Shown here piece after piece: positions 62,196-64,000 of a DNA stretch of 64,000 bases. Location of the stretch: positions 576,001 through 640,000 of the forward strand of contig CAVXTM010000018.1 of assembly GCA_963764725.1 (NCBI GenBank), written 5' to 3'. The stretch is from an uncultured Gammaproteobacteria bacterium (GTDB taxonomy: Bacteria; Pseudomonadota; Gammaproteobacteria; JACCXJ01). The notes below the pieces were generated by a model, which saw only the letters and a list, made by a program, of their open reading frames with translations, was not told the origin of the DNA and did not search any database. The position numbers were made by a program, and so were the translations under genes. Position 1 is the first letter of the stretch; each line of letters opens with the position of its first letter.

Positions 62196-63045
62196 AGTCC
62201 TTCGACCTCGATATCTCAAAGCCCCTGGAGCTCAATGCCAGCCAGACCGCGAAGCTGGCCGAGCTTGCCCCGATCCTGGAGGGCAAACCGGATGTCACCA
62301 AGATCGCCGAAATTCATCTGGAGCAATTGGCACGCGACTTTCGGATGCAAAAGATCGTCTTCGAGACGGCCCGCGACGTTTACGACCAGATGCAAAAGGA
62401 CTGGAAGGGCAGCAAGGAGTTCCTGCTCGCCCAGCTCGTCCGCCTGGTCGAGCAGTTCATCGGCTCGGACAAGATCAGCATCACGCCGGCGCTCTTCCAT
62501 GAGGATGAGCTCAAGCGCCGCCTAATCATCACGCTCAACATGACCCGCGTAGTTCAGCATATCTGGGAAGCGATCCGCTTCGAGAATACGGAAAGCCTTG
62601 AGCCGGTCTTCGATCAAGATCACCCGATCCGCTCCACCGGCGACATGGGGACCTGGTACACCGGCAAGCCGTGCGAGCCCACAAAGCGCTCGCACATCAA
62701 TTTCTGCGTTTTTGATAGTACATGGGAGTCCTCGGACGCCTTCGAGCTTGACCGCAACCCAGCTGTGGCCGCCTGGGTGAAGAACGATCACCTCGGCTTC
62801 GAGGTCCTCTACATCTACAAAGGCGTAGTGCGGAAATACCGCCCGGATTTCATCATCCGTCTGGCATCAGGCACGATGCTCGTGCTGGAGACCAAGGGCA
62901 AAGACACCGAGCAGGACCAGACCAAGCGGCGGTTCCTGGATGAATGGGTGAAGGCCGTGAACGCGCACGGGGGTTCGGCCAGGGGTCCTGGGATGTTTCA
63001 AGGAATCCGGGCGACGTGAAGGATATTCTGGCGCGACACAGGAAA
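62196..63045 (+). pseudogene. Type III restriction enzyme Res subunit, C-terminal fragment
   Basis: DSTWE, WVKNDHLGF, YRPDFII...LETKG, WVKAVN. Confidence 0.82.
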
Positions 63046-63198
63046 GCTCAAGCAGCATGACAACGCATCGACGAACAGTAATGCCTGATGACGCTATAGA
63101 ACGATCTTTTAAAGGGTTTACAGCCGTTGCACGGGAAGTCGCTGCACTTGACAAGACAAAATGGTCTGAGGCGGATAAAGCTCGTGCACGCGCGTCCT

Positions 63199-63494
63199 TC
63201 ATGACGTCTCAAACAGGTCCGGGAGGTCCCGTGCGCCGTGGACCACCCGGACGATTTCGACGCCGCCGGTGATCTCACGGTAAAGAATCAGGTAGCTGCC
63301 GACCGGAAAGTACGAAGCTCGGGGCGGATGTCCGGCCGGGCGGGGCCAAGGCGAGGTTGTTCGGCAAGCATCTGGCATCTGGCCTCGATCTCATCGAGAA
63401 GACGATCAGCCGCAGCCGGATTGTCCTCGGCGATATAGAGCCAGAGTTCGATGAGGTCCTGTTCACAGCGTTCTGTCCGGGTGAAGCGGGGCAT
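63199..63494 (-). pseudogene. ParE-family toxin, frameshifted
   Basis: DLIELWLYIAEDNPAAA...G.ARPDI / YLILYR...VRVVHGARDL. Confidence 0.82.
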
Positions 63495-63504
63495 CCTCTA
63501 AGGC

Positions 63505-63786
63505 TCACTTCGCCTCGTCCTGGGCGGCCTGGTGACGGCGGCGCGCTTCGGCCTTGATCGCTTCCATCTCCCCGAGCTTGCCCGGCCCACTGGCCATGCC
63601 TGCATCCCAAAGCTGGCCCAGCTCCTCAATCCGTTGCTGGCGCAGGGAACGCTTGAGCGTCCAGTCCCGCAGGGCCTCCCGGATCACTTCGCTGCTCGAA
63701 GCATATTCGCCGTTACTCACGGCGGCGCGCACCGCCGCCGCCATCTCGGTGGTCAGGGCGATGCTGACTTTTTCGACGTTGGACAT
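63505..63786 (-). CDS. ParD-family (RHH) antitoxin
   Basis: SIALT...GEYASSSEVIREALRDW. Confidence 0.88.
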   Translation of the reverse strand: MSNVEKVSIALTTEMAAAVRAAVSNGEYASSSEVIREALRDWTLKRSLRQQRIEELGQLWDAGMASGPGKLGEMEAIKAEARRRHQAAQDEAK

Positions 63787-63889
63787 AAGAATACCTCCTT
63801 ATTCATTAGTAGCAATTCTTCCTACCAATAGCAAGGATAAAAACTGTCCGGAAAACGACCAGTTACCGGACAATTTCAGAGGATGGTTG

Positions 63890-64000
63890 CCGGGAGCGAC
63901 GAGGCTATCCTGAAACGCGCGGCGGCCGTCCTTGAGGCCCGCTGCGTACGCGAGGGCGATGTGCTCTCGAATCCCACCGATACGAGACGCGCCGAGGGTC
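63890..64000 (+). pseudogene. RadC-like N-terminal fragment at window edge
   Basis: DEAILKRAAAVLEAR...LSNPTD. Confidence 0.45.

Noticed and set aside
1-64000. CRISPR array or rRNA
   Set aside because: No regularly spaced direct repeats or rRNA-like sequence seen.

Overview
A GC-rich, proteobacterial-looking accessory region made of intact genes mixed with many truncated, frameshifted or internally deleted fragments. Main blocks: (i) a low-oxygen/stress-type gene set (P-type ATPase, two BON proteins, HAD-GH65 fusion, patatin, ppsA, host-attachment protein, USP, ald, Pcm-esterase fusion) with FNR-like boxes; (ii) a fluoride riboswitch ahead of a scrambled antiporter/USP locus cut by an IS1182-type element; (iii) a 71-nt tRNA-like gene with a G3:U70 pair; (iv) a split IS91/ISCR-type transposase and two oriIS-like ends with outward promoters; (v) two copies of a module pairing an N0-like/HEAT-repeat exported protein with a small two-Cys secreted protein; (vi) defence-like genes (TIR-NTPase, PD-(D/E)XK protein, four TA pairs, type III restriction fragment); (vii) a decayed integron-like array without intI, in which a small non-IntI tyrosine-recombinase unit starts three times exactly at the G/TT crossover of an attC site. 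All calls come from reading the sequence; no searches were run, and frameshifts could be sequencing error.
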